In this document: piece after piece, positions 26,061-33,588 of the stretch
Layout of the letters: every line of letters begins with the position of its first letter
Position numbering within the stretch: the stretch's first letter is position 1
Source of the DNA: a virus
Taxonomy: Duplodnaviria; Caudoviricetes
Strand: one strand, 5' to 3'
DNA length: 34,916 nucleotides
IMG/VR virus record: IMGVR_UViG_3300029822_000042
Location: 1 to 34,916 of that record
The notes under the pieces: model-generated
Seen by the model: only the letters and a program-made list of their open reading frames with translations
What the model was told of the DNA's origin: nothing
Database searches by the model: none
Made by a program: the position numbers and the translations under genes

Positions 26061-26711
26061 CTACTTCACAAGCTCCATGAACTCTGTACGGGCTTTGAGG
26101 CTTTCACGCATCACGCCGCGGAGGGCACTGGTGATGGTGACGTGCCCTTGCTGGCAGATACCGCGCGACTCCATACAGAGATGGCGTGCTTTGACGACGA
26201 CCCCGACCCCTGTGGGCATCAAGTGTTTGTCAAGGGCGTCGGCAATCTGGTTCGTGAGGCGCTCTTGGACCTGAAGACGCCTGGCATAGATGTCGGCAAG
26301 TCTGGATAGTTTAGACAAGCCCACGATCTTGCCGTTGGGAATGTATGCGATAGACACCGTGCCGAAGATGGGGGCGAGGTGATGCTCACAGTGAGAATAG
26401 AGGGGAATGTCCTTGACAAGCACCATCTCGTCGCATCGTTCGGCACCGTCCTCGAATACCTTGAGAACGGCTGCCGGGTCCTTCCCGTAGCCCGCGCACC
26501 AGAACGCCCAGGCCTTCGCCACGCGAGCAGGAGTCTCGAGGAGCCCCTGGCGTGAGGGGTCCTCCCCAACAAGGGCGAGGAGGTCGGCGATGACAGAGTG
26601 AAGCTGCTCCATCTTAGTGCCTGGCGAGCCGCACCCGATGCAGTCGTCAACTCCACCCTGGCCCTCGCATGGCTTTTGGTCTACAGGGCAGATGTAGCTT
26701 GGATTATACAT
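26061..26711 (-). CDS. folE: GTP cyclohydrolase I
   Basis: GEDPSRQGLLETPARV, SHCEHHLAP, GLSKLSR, RRLQVQERLT, HLCMESRG. Confidence 0.96.
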   Translation of the reverse strand: MYNPSYICPVDQKPCEGQGGVDDCIGCGSPGTKMEQLHSVIADLLALVGEDPSRQGLLETPARVAKAWAFWCAGYGKDPAAVLKVFEDGAERCDEMVLVKDIPLYSHCEHHLAPIFGTVSIAYIPNGKIVGLSKLSRLADIYARRLQVQERLTNQIADALDKHLMPTGVGVVVKARHLCMESRGICQQGHVTITSALRGVMRESLKARTEFMELVK

Positions 26712-26716
26712 CTTGG

Positions 26717-27169
26717 CTAGACCTCATAGAAAGCGGAGCACTTGCGGGTTTCCTCGACCACGACACGGTCGAGCGTGATGCCGGTATCCTTCAGTTGCAG
26801 GGGGCCGACAGTAGTTGCGAGGTATTCCGCAATGTTCTCTGCTGTGGGGTTGAAGGGGACAACGACGACACCCCGGCTGTCGGCCGTCTGAAGGATGCCA
26901 CGCAGCGGGTCTTGGTCCCACACGAGGAACTTGTGGTCCCACTTCTCCTCAAGCCAGTCACACAGCAACGTCTTAATGACGGAAAAGTCAATGACCCTCC
27001 CGACGCCGTCGAGCTCGCAGTTGTCCAGCTCGACCCGCAATGACCCCGCCACACAGGCGAAATAAATGCGGTAGTTGTGCCCGTGAAGGTGCTGGCACTT
27101 CCCCTCATGGCCGACAACCCGATGGCCACAGCTTATGTCGTGGTAGCGCACTGCGGTGTGGTTTCTCAT
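26717..27169 (-). CDS. queD: 6-carboxy-5,6,7,8-tetrahydropterin synthase
   Basis: GHR...KCQHLHGHNY, IDFSVIK, WDHKFL, NPTAENIA, EET. Confidence 0.93.
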   Translation of the reverse strand: MRNHTAVRYHDISCGHRVVGHEGKCQHLHGHNYRIYFACVAGSLRVELDNCELDGVGRVIDFSVIKTLLCDWLEEKWDHKFLVWDQDPLRGILQTADSRGVVVVPFNPTAENIAEYLATTVGPLQLKDTGITLDRVVVEETRKCSAFYEV

Positions 27170-28008
27170 ATCAGGTGGGCTTTCTCCAAGTAGTCAACGA
27201 CGTTCACTTCCTTGTAGTTCGGAGTTTTGGGCAGGTGCATTCGTCCTTCGTTCCAAGCCCGGAGCACGAGCGGGTCAGGCACGTTGGCGTCTTCGAAGCC
27301 CTTGGCGCGCAGTAAGCTGGCGTGGTCCTTGCCGGTCGGAGGGTACTTGCCATCATACGCCGTGTGACTCCAGGCGAGGGCGGCGTAACAGCCCGGCAGC
27401 TCAAGGGCCATGAGCACAGACTGTGCCTTGGTGAGCCGCATGAGTGGGGCGAGGATGGTGATGGGCTGGGGAGCCCCTGGCTCGCCGGTGAAGGTGCCAA
27501 GGTTGCATGCTTGGCCGAGGGCTGTGATGAACTTCTGGCGACAGTCAGGGTAGCCACCATAGTCCGCCTCACAAACGCCGGTGACGAGTGCCTTTGCCCC
27601 GTAGTGTGCCGCCCTGTTGGCCGCGATGGTGAGAAACAGCTGATTGCGCATCGGCACAAACGTTTTCTCGATACCCTTGCCGGGGAGGCTGTGGGCATCA
27701 TTGTATTCCTCGAGGCCAACCCCCGACACGAGGGGTGAGGTACTCCTGAGGACCGAAGGCCCGAGACGGATCACCTCGTGGGCTTCTATGCCGATGTCGG
27801 CGGTTTTGTTGTAGCATGCCCTGGCGACACGGAGCACGGCCTCCGCCGCTTTGACCTCTGCGGCGTGGAGCTGGCCATACTCGAACGTTACTGGGAACAC
27901 GCGGTAGCCGTGATGGAGTGCCCAAAAGAGGCACGTCGTCGAGTCCTGGCCGCCAGAAAACACGACAACAGCTGCGGGCCTGTTGAGCGGTAGGTCTGCC
28001 TGTTTCAT
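27166..28008 (-). CDS. queC: 7-cyano-7-deazaguanine synthase (variant lacking zinc ligands)
   Basis: FSGGQDSTTC, YGQLH, TFVPMRN, GYPDCR, APLMRLTK. Confidence 0.93.
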   Translation of the reverse strand: MKQADLPLNRPAAVVVFSGGQDSTTCLFWALHHGYRVFPVTFEYGQLHAAEVKAAEAVLRVARACYNKTADIGIEAHEVIRLGPSVLRSTSPLVSGVGLEEYNDAHSLPGKGIEKTFVPMRNQLFLTIAANRAAHYGAKALVTGVCEADYGGYPDCRQKFITALGQACNLGTFTGEPGAPQPITILAPLMRLTKAQSVLMALELPGCYAALAWSHTAYDGKYPPTGKDHASLLRAKGFEDANVPDPLVLRAWNEGRMHLPKTPNYKEVNVVDYLEKAHLI

Positions 28009-28731
28009 CTATTCGACTCCGATGATTTTGTGGATCTGAAGGGAGAGGCGGTAACCGAACCGGAGGCAGCTATCCATCGCCGCCTTGAGGTTCGCTTGGT
28101 TAAGAGTAGGGTCCTTGGCATCCTCCGGCTGAAGGTAGATGTAACGATTCGGCATCTTGGGCGGTGGTAGGGCTATGCGCTTCTGCACCTTGGGAGGTTG
28201 GCCGCACGGCAACCTCGCTCCGAAACCGAACAGGGGGAGGCCGTCTTCCTCGCTTAGGTCACCAGCCCTCACGACGTACTTAACAGCCTTGGCTAGGCTG
28301 ATGACTGTACGGTCGACCTCCGAGGTCTTGGGGCTACAAACGACGCTAAACTCTGCATCGCCCCATGGCAGCCCCGGTGCAACGATTGTGCCGTTGGTCT
28401 CCACCTGGACTCGGAACCCGCCGTCTATCAGGTCGTAGACCAGCGGCGCGATGTCCTGCCTCATAGGCTCACCCCCAGTAAGCACTACGAGCCGCAGCTC
28501 GCCCGCAAGGGCCTTCACCTCCTTATAGAGTTCGTAGACGTCGACAGTGCGCCGACCGGAGGTGTAGTCTGTGTCACAGCCGGGGCATCGGAGGTTGCAG
28601 CCTGCCAGTCGCACGAACACGCACGGCTCCCCGACGAATGGCCCCTCCCCTTGTATGGACTTGAAGACGCTACGGACACTGAGCGTGTCATTGTTGCTGT
28701 AGTGTGTCTTCTCTGCCTTCTGGTTGTTCAT
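28009..28731 (-). CDS. queE: 7-carboxy-7-deazaguanine synthase (radical SAM)
   Basis: SIQGEG, CNLRCPGCDT (CX3CX2C), TGGEP, ETNG, SPK, LQP, SLQIHK. Confidence 0.95.
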   Translation of the reverse strand: MNNQKAEKTHYSNNDTLSVRSVFKSIQGEGPFVGEPCVFVRLAGCNLRCPGCDTDYTSGRRTVDVYELYKEVKALAGELRLVVLTGGEPMRQDIAPLVYDLIDGGFRVQVETNGTIVAPGLPWGDAEFSVVCSPKTSEVDRTVISLAKAVKYVVRAGDLSEEDGLPLFGFGARLPCGQPPKVQKRIALPPPKMPNRYIYLQPEDAKDPTLNQANLKAAMDSCLRFGYRLSLQIHKIIGVE

Positions 28732-28758
28732 TCGGTCTCCTCCAAGTAGGTCGTGCCC

Positions 28759-28787
28759 ATTTTAGGGTTAGACTGACTGACTGTCAA
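28759..28787 (-). promoter_or_regulatory. Sigma70-type promoter of the que/dpdA/replication operon
   Basis: TTGACA-N17-TAAAAT, followed by a GGAGGAG RBS. Confidence 0.85.
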
Positions 28788-28811
28788 CCGACATTTGGAG
28801 GCTGGGAGCAA

Positions 28812-28845
28812 GAAAAAAGGGCCGGATGCGTGAACATCCGGCCCT
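28812..28845 (-). terminator. Rho-independent terminator
   Basis: AGGGCCGGATG-ttcacg-CATCCGGCCCT followed by a T run on the minus strand. Confidence 0.85.
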
Positions 28846-28877
28846 ACACAAGGGTCACAGGGCAGAGACCGTTGGTG

Positions 28878-29447
28878 TTACTCGACCTTGACGTCGGCGG
28901 CGGCAGGCGCCTCGGCGGCGGGCTTGGCCTCCGGGGCCTTGCGCTCGGCCTTCAGGCCGTGGAACTTGCGCCACTTGCCGTACTGCGTCGCGATGGTGGC
29001 CTCGTTGATGCCCTCGGCCTTGCACTTCTCCATCACGTCCTTGCGGGGCGCCGGCTCACCGCGGGCGGCGCTGATCTCGTCGGCAACCTCCCACACGCGG
29101 CCGGTCTTGGTGCCGCTGCTGGGGCGAGTGACGCCGTTGGCCTTCGGCAGCTCGACGCGCGGGGTCTTCTCGGGCTTGGCCTCGGTGGTCTTGGTTTCGG
29201 TGGTTTCGGTGGTCTTGGTCATGACGTTCCGTCCTTGCTGCTGGGGGTTGGTGTTGCCGATGTCCTGCTTGAACTGAGGGGGAGTGTAATCTGAGGTAGC
29301 CGTGTTGTCAACAACCTTTTTCGATCCCGCTTCCCGACGCCTCCTGAGCCAGGCCTCGGCCTCGCCCTTGTGGTCAACGGCCGCACCGGACAGTCCTACA
29401 AGGTTCTCGTCCTTGTCAACGTCGATGAAACCGAGCTTCGTCTTCAT
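28878..29447 (-). CDS. Putative DNA-binding protein, paralog 1 (long form 189 aa; short form 114 aa from 29222)
   Basis: C-terminal domain VWEVADEI...RKDVMEKC...GINEATIATQYGKWRK; both ATGs have an RBS. Confidence 0.75.
   Translation of the reverse strand: MKTKLGFIDVDKDENLVGLSGAAVDHKGEAEAWLRRRREAGSKKVVDNTATSDYTPPQFKQDIGNTNPQQQGRNVMTKTTETTETKTTEAKPEKTPRVELPKANGVTRPSSGTKTGRVWEVADEISAARGEPAPRKDVMEKCKAEGINEATIATQYGKWRKFHGLKAERKAPEAKPAAEAPAAADVKVE
29283..29311 (-). promoter_or_regulatory. Sigma70-type promoter embedded in coding sequence
   Basis: TTGACA-N17-TACACT with an upstream A-tract, ahead of the in-frame ATG 29222. Confidence 0.8.
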
Positions 29448-29498
29448 GGCGTGCTCCTTGAGGGCCGCAGCGGCCCCTTTGCGGTGGCGGATGGTGTA

Positions 29499-29527
29499 AC
29501 AATAGGCTCACGTTGCCCGGAGGTCAA
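29499..29527 (-). promoter_or_regulatory. Sigma70-type promoter
   Basis: TTGACC-N17-TATTGT ahead of an AAGGAG RBS and ATG 29447. Confidence 0.75.
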
Positions 29528-29529
29528 CC

Positions 29530-29559
29530 AGAAAAGAGCCGTCACTCGCTCTTTTTCTC
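29530..29559. terminator. Bidirectional terminator-like inverted repeat
   Basis: AGAAAAAGAGC-N8-GCTCTTTTTCT; short GC core. Confidence 0.5.
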
Positions 29560-29958
29560 CCAAGGCTTCGGGTAGGGGCCTGGCGTGGTTACAACCAAGG
29601 TACGGGTTACCGCTGGGGGCCGGGGCCGCCGGGCCTTTGTACCCTTGCTGGCAACGTTACAGGGGGTTGCCTGTGGGGTTAGGGGCCGCGGGAAAAGCAC
29701 AGCCGGGACCTTGACATCCGGGCGCGTCTTCAGTATGGCGAGCACGGCCTGGAAGACGGCTGCAAGGTCGTTGCTGTCGATGGTCTGACTTGTAAGGTCG
29801 CGGTAGAGCCGTCGCAAGGAGTGAAGGTCCCGGGGCCCAGGTGCCATCATGCACCCCATAGGGGAGTGTAGGGTGCCCTGCTGAAGGAAGGGGTAGTGGT
29901 AGCCATTCTCTACGTTCCAGTCACCCTGTACCCCCAGGCACATGCAGCGGTCACGCAT
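29542..29958 (-). CDS. Hypothetical protein
   Basis: 138-aa ORF with GGAGG upstream, overlapping the previous stop; low-complexity 3' half. Confidence 0.45.
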   Translation of the reverse strand: MRDRCMCLGVQGDWNVENGYHYPFLQQGTLHSPMGCMMAPGPRDLHSLRRLYRDLTSQTIDSNDLAAVFQAVLAILKTRPDVKVPAVLFPRPLTPQATPCNVASKGTKARRPRPPAVTRTLVVTTPGPYPKPWEKKSE

Positions 29959-30172
29959 TTGTCAACCTCCATGTAAGGTCTGCTCCGCTGGCCACAGGGG
30001 TCACCTTGCCGCTGGCTTCGAGACACTTGACCGCCGACCAAGAGACCCTCACAGGGTTAAGCACACCATCCTTTACGAGGTAGGTCGTCCTCGAGTAGTG
30101 CCGGGCGTTCAACGTGCGGAGGGTCCAACCCTCCTTCATCTTCGATAGCACTTGGCGCTGGCGAAGCATCAT
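29951..30172 (-). CDS. Hypothetical protein (73 aa)
   Basis: GGAGG RBS; lies between neighbouring minus-strand genes. Confidence 0.6.
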   Translation of the reverse strand: MMLRQRQVLSKMKEGWTLRTLNARHYSRTTYLVKDGVLNPVRVSWSAVKCLEASGKVTPVASGADLTWRLTNA

Positions 30173-30187
30173 GACCTCCAGGGATGG

Positions 30188-30225
30188 GAAGGGCCTCCCG
30201 GTCGGCTACCCCCGGGAGGCCCTTC
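30188..30225 (-). terminator. Hairpin after paralog 2
   Basis: 14-bp stem GAAGGGCCTCCCGG/CCGGGAGGCCCTTC; no clear T run. Confidence 0.55.
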
Positions 30226-30237
30226 AAGGTGGCTTAC

Positions 30238-30723
30238 TTAGTCGGCCTCGGTCAGGGTCTCGCCGCGGAGGGCCTTCTTCCACAGCTGGATCTGCGTGCG
30301 GGCGGTGTAGTAGGCGATGCCCTGGCGGTCGCACTCAGCCATGATTTCCTTGCGGCTGACGTTGGGGTTCTTCGCGAGCATCGCGTCGGCGATGTGCCAG
30401 ACCAGCTTGGTCGGCGACATCGGGACGCTGCGGTGCCGCTTGTCGTCGTCGTCCTTGGCCGGCGCGGCGACCTCGTCTTCGGGCAGCACGCTGGGCGAGC
30501 CACCGGCGACCGGGGCGGCATTCAGCTCCATGATGCTCTCGACCGTGGCCTCGGCGACCGGGGCGGCCTCGACCTCGGCGACCGGGGCGGCCTCGACCTC
30601 GACGTACTGGTACGCGAACCCGCCCTTGGCCTTGACGATTTCGTAGGTCTCGATACCGGCGGTCTTGGCGGCGCGACGAACGTTGCTGCGGGAGGAGTAG
30701 GTCTTGCTGGTGATGGTGGTCAT
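30238..30723 (-). CDS. Putative DNA-binding protein, paralog 2
   Basis: Start MTTITSK; C-terminal domain LVWHIADAM...RKEIMAEC...GIAYYTARTQIQLWKK; has its own promoter. Confidence 0.75.
   Translation of the reverse strand: MTTITSKTYSSRSNVRRAAKTAGIETYEIVKAKGGFAYQYVEVEAAPVAEVEAAPVAEATVESIMELNAAPVAGGSPSVLPEDEVAAPAKDDDDKRHRSVPMSPTKLVWHIADAMLAKNPNVSRKEIMAECDRQGIAYYTARTQIQLWKKALRGETLTEAD
30549..30596. repeat. 24-bp tandem duplication encoding VEAAPVAE x2
   Basis: CCTCGGCGACCGGGGCGGCCTCGA twice, with a third partial copy near 30503-30519. Confidence 0.85.
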
Positions 30724-30793
30724 TTGCTTGCCCTGTCTCTCGTGTTTGGTTGTTGCCTCGGTTGGCGGCCCTTTCCGTCCAACCAATGATGTC

Positions 30794-30821
30794 AGTATAG
30801 CTGCACCCTGGACGACGTCAA
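30794..30821 (-). promoter_or_regulatory. Sigma70-type promoter
   Basis: TTGACG-N16-TATACT preceded by GGCTCTTTTTCTG. Confidence 0.75.
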
Positions 30822-30874
30822 CAGAAAAAGAGCCATGCCTGTACGATTTTTTGTTCGCGAGTGTTTTCAAGGGG

Positions 30875-31132
30875 TTACCGCTGCGTGAGGGCACTTCGGC
30901 CGTCGCGGGGCTCGTCGTCGCGTAGCCGCCGGTACAGGTGGGAACCCCGCCTGGCCTCGAGTTCGGTGCCACAAGACCGGCACCCTACCATTATAAGCAC
31001 CTCGCTGACCCTGCGAAGGAGGGACAGGGGGCGCCGACACTTCTCACAAAGCTCCTTGACATGGAGTTGCCGGATAGCCTTAACCGAAGGACCCCGTTCC
31101 TCGAGTTGACTGTACTTACGTCTATTTGGCAT
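30875..31132 (-). CDS. Small zinc-ribbon protein
   Basis: CEKC...CRSC; GGGAG RBS. Confidence 0.55.
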   Translation of the reverse strand: MPNRRKYSQLEERGPSVKAIRQLHVKELCEKCRRPLSLLRRVSEVLIMVGCRSCGTELEARRGSHLYRRLRDDEPRDGRSALTQR

Positions 31133-31223
31133 TTGAGCTCCCTACGATGGTCGAGGCCCAAAGTCAAGCGGGGCCGACCGAATAACGGCCTGCCCCGCTC
31201 ATTACCACCTCACCGCCTACCTG

Positions 31224-31658
31224 TCAATGGATTTGTTGCGCACCCTCCGACGGGGTCGGCTGCTTGTCGCGCTTGTGGAGGATCTGGTACTGTGTAGAGG
31301 CGGTCGCCTTGTTGACGCCGGCCGCGATGCACGCGCTGATCACGTCCTTGCGCGGGTGACCCTTCATGGCGGCATAAATTTGGCGGCACTTGGCAACCGG
31401 ACCATCCTTTTCCCTAGGGACTGGGGCGGGTTTGACCGCATCGGTCTTAACCTCTTCGGGCTGCACGAAGTAGAGGCGAAACAGGGCCTCGGTGACCTTG
31501 CGCCTACCCTCCGCGACCGTCGGGAACTTGGCCAATTTGGATCCCGTCACTTCGCGGTACACCTCGACGAGCTCCTCCATTTGGCTCTTGTCCTGAACCA
31601 CGAAAACAAGGTCAATGACGCGCTTGCCGACAGGGTCAACCACCGCGTAGATTGCCAT
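31224..31658 (-). CDS. Putative DNA-binding protein, paralog 3
   Basis: AAGGAGG RBS before MAIYAV; C-terminal GPVAKCRQIY...RKDVISAC...GVNKATASTQY. Confidence 0.75.
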   Translation of the reverse strand: MAIYAVVDPVGKRVIDLVFVVQDKSQMEELVEVYREVTGSKLAKFPTVAEGRRKVTEALFRLYFVQPEEVKTDAVKPAPVPREKDGPVAKCRQIYAAMKGHPRKDVISACIAAGVNKATASTQYQILHKRDKQPTPSEGAQQIH

Positions 31659-31759
31659 TTGAGCCCTCCTTTGGTTGCCTGGCGGGGCCAGTCCCGCCAA
31701 GGCCAGGAAAACCTAAGCCCAGGCACACCGACGGGACAAGGTTACAAGGTGGAGCACCC

Positions 31760-31948
31760 CTAAAACGGCACGTCCGGGACGAAGTCTTTGCACCCCACGA
31801 TGATCACGTCGGGCGGTGGCACCTCCTTGTAGAGGCTGCACTTGCCGTCTTTCCAAGCGTCGCACACAGTACAGCATGTCCAGGCCCCACTGGCTATGAA
31901 GTGCTTTTGGAGCTCGATGATCTTTTGCCTGTCAGTCTGCATACTCAT
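31760..31948 (-). CDS. Small Cys-rich protein ending in DVPF
   Basis: CxxC...C...PPP.VI.VGC; overlaps the helicase stop. Confidence 0.7.
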   Translation of the reverse strand: MSMQTDRQKIIELQKHFIASGAWTCCTVCDAWKDGKCSLYKEVPPPDVIIVGCKDFVPDVPF

Positions 31949-33587
31949 AGCCCATAACCTCCGGCTGCTTTTTGTTGATCCAGACCCGCACGTGAGTTGG
32001 CGTGCGGAGCTCCTTTAGCCTTGACAATCCTTCCGCTGTGGACTCCGGGGGCTCAACGACACCGGACCGGCGGCGCCACCAGTCGCGAGCACGCTTGCGG
32101 GCGTACCCCTCGTGTTCCAGGCAAATCCACTCTTGGAAGAGCCGTAGTCCACAGTAGTAGCTCACCTTAATAGACGGCGGGCGCCCCTCCTTGCGGTGTT
32201 CGAAGTAGACAACCTTGTCGACCCGGAATACCTCGACTTGAGGCATACTTTGAGCTATGAGCTCTTCTGTACTTGCCCCTGCTGCAATCTTCACCTGCTT
32301 TGGGAACTCCGCCCCGCAGTTGATACAGAAGCGCGCACTGGCGTGATTGTAGACACCGCACGCTTCACAGAGCTTGATAGGGGCAGCCCCACCTGTCCCC
32401 TTGCCCTTGGCCTTCGGGATCACAGGGTCGTTGATGGGGCCAAGGCGGCGCGTGTTACCAGCGAAGTCAAGGACCAGACAGTTCCGCTTAGGGCCAGCTG
32501 ACAGGGCAGAGAGGCGACCGTCGCGAGTGTCCAGGCTGTGACCTTGGGCGTACACCGGGCGGGTGCCACGGCCAAGCATTTGGATCCAGAGGCCAGGGGA
32601 GTTAGTCGGGCGCAGCATACAAATAAGGTCAATGCCCGGAAAGTCGAAGCCTGTTGTCAAGATGCCATTGTTCACCATCGCCCGGAACTTGCCGGCCTTG
32701 AACTCGAGGATGTTCCGGTCGCGCTCTTCGTCCTTCATCTTCGAATGGACACAGGTGGCCATCACTCCCAGGCTGTCAAGCATATCCCTCACGTGAATGG
32801 CGTGCTCGATACCGGAGGCAAACACTAGCCAGTGTGCCCGGTCCGCCCCTAGTTCAATGGACTCCTTTATGGCGGCGTAGGTCACCTCGCTTTTGTCGAC
32901 CGCTTGTTGCAGTTGGTTCTGGACGAACTCACCGCCATGTATCTGGACGTCCGACACGTCCAGCTCTTTGCTTGTCCTCTTCGGGATCAGGGGGGCAAGA
33001 TAGCCTTCCATAAGTAGCCAGTTGAAGGCTTCCATCCCGGTCATGTCAAAACATATATCAGTGAACAGGGCCTGAGACCCCTCTGTCAAAAGACCCTGCC
33101 CAAGTCGGTAGTGCGTTGCTGTGAACCCTATGACCTTGAGGAGAGGATTGACTTCCCGCAGTTTGCCCAGGAAGCGTTGATACATAGTCCCTTCCTTGGG
33201 GCTAACCAAATGGGCCTCGTCAATAAGCACGAGGTCGATACGACCGAACGCCTCCGGGCACTTGACAGCCGACGCAATACCAGCGAAGGTGATGGGATAG
33301 CAGGACTCCTTGCGCCCAAGGCCAGCTGAGAACACGCCAGCCGGGGCGGTCGGCCAGATGTCAAGCAGCTTCTGGTAGTTCTGCTGGATCAGCTCCTTCA
33401 CGTGCGTGAGGAGCATGAACCGCTGCCCTGGATACATGCAGAACGCCTGGCGGGAGAAGTCTCCAATGACGACTGATTTGCCCGTGCCTGTAGGTAAGGC
33501 CACAAGAGGGTTCCCCCTGCCTCCATCCTCGAAGTAGCGGAAGATGGCAGCGACGCTGGCCTCCTGGTAGTCGCGGAGCCTAATCAT
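31932..33587 (-). CDS. SF2 DEAH helicase, RadD/YejH-like, with zinc finger
   Basis: LRDYQ, PTGTGKS, DEAH, TAT, LTTGFD, QMLGRGTR, VLDFAGN, CEAC...CINC. Confidence 0.93.
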   Translation of the reverse strand: MIRLRDYQEASVAAIFRYFEDGGRGNPLVALPTGTGKSVVIGDFSRQAFCMYPGQRFMLLTHVKELIQQNYQKLLDIWPTAPAGVFSAGLGRKESCYPITFAGIASAVKCPEAFGRIDLVLIDEAHLVSPKEGTMYQRFLGKLREVNPLLKVIGFTATHYRLGQGLLTEGSQALFTDICFDMTGMEAFNWLLMEGYLAPLIPKRTSKELDVSDVQIHGGEFVQNQLQQAVDKSEVTYAAIKESIELGADRAHWLVFASGIEHAIHVRDMLDSLGVMATCVHSKMKDEERDRNILEFKAGKFRAMVNNGILTTGFDFPGIDLICMLRPTNSPGLWIQMLGRGTRPVYAQGHSLDTRDGRLSALSAGPKRNCLVLDFAGNTRRLGPINDPVIPKAKGKGTGGAAPIKLCEACGVYNHASARFCINCGAEFPKQVKIAAGASTEELIAQSMPQVEVFRVDKVVYFEHRKEGRPPSIKVSYYCGLRLFQEWICLEHEGYARKRARDWWRRRSGVVEPPESTAEGLSRLKELRTPTHVRVWINKKQPEVMGYEYAD

Positions 33588-33588
33588 G

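Noticed and set aside
30724-30972. Upstream extension of paralog 2 to 244 aa
   Set aside because: It spans the promoter, overlaps the 30875-31132 gene and lacks an RBS
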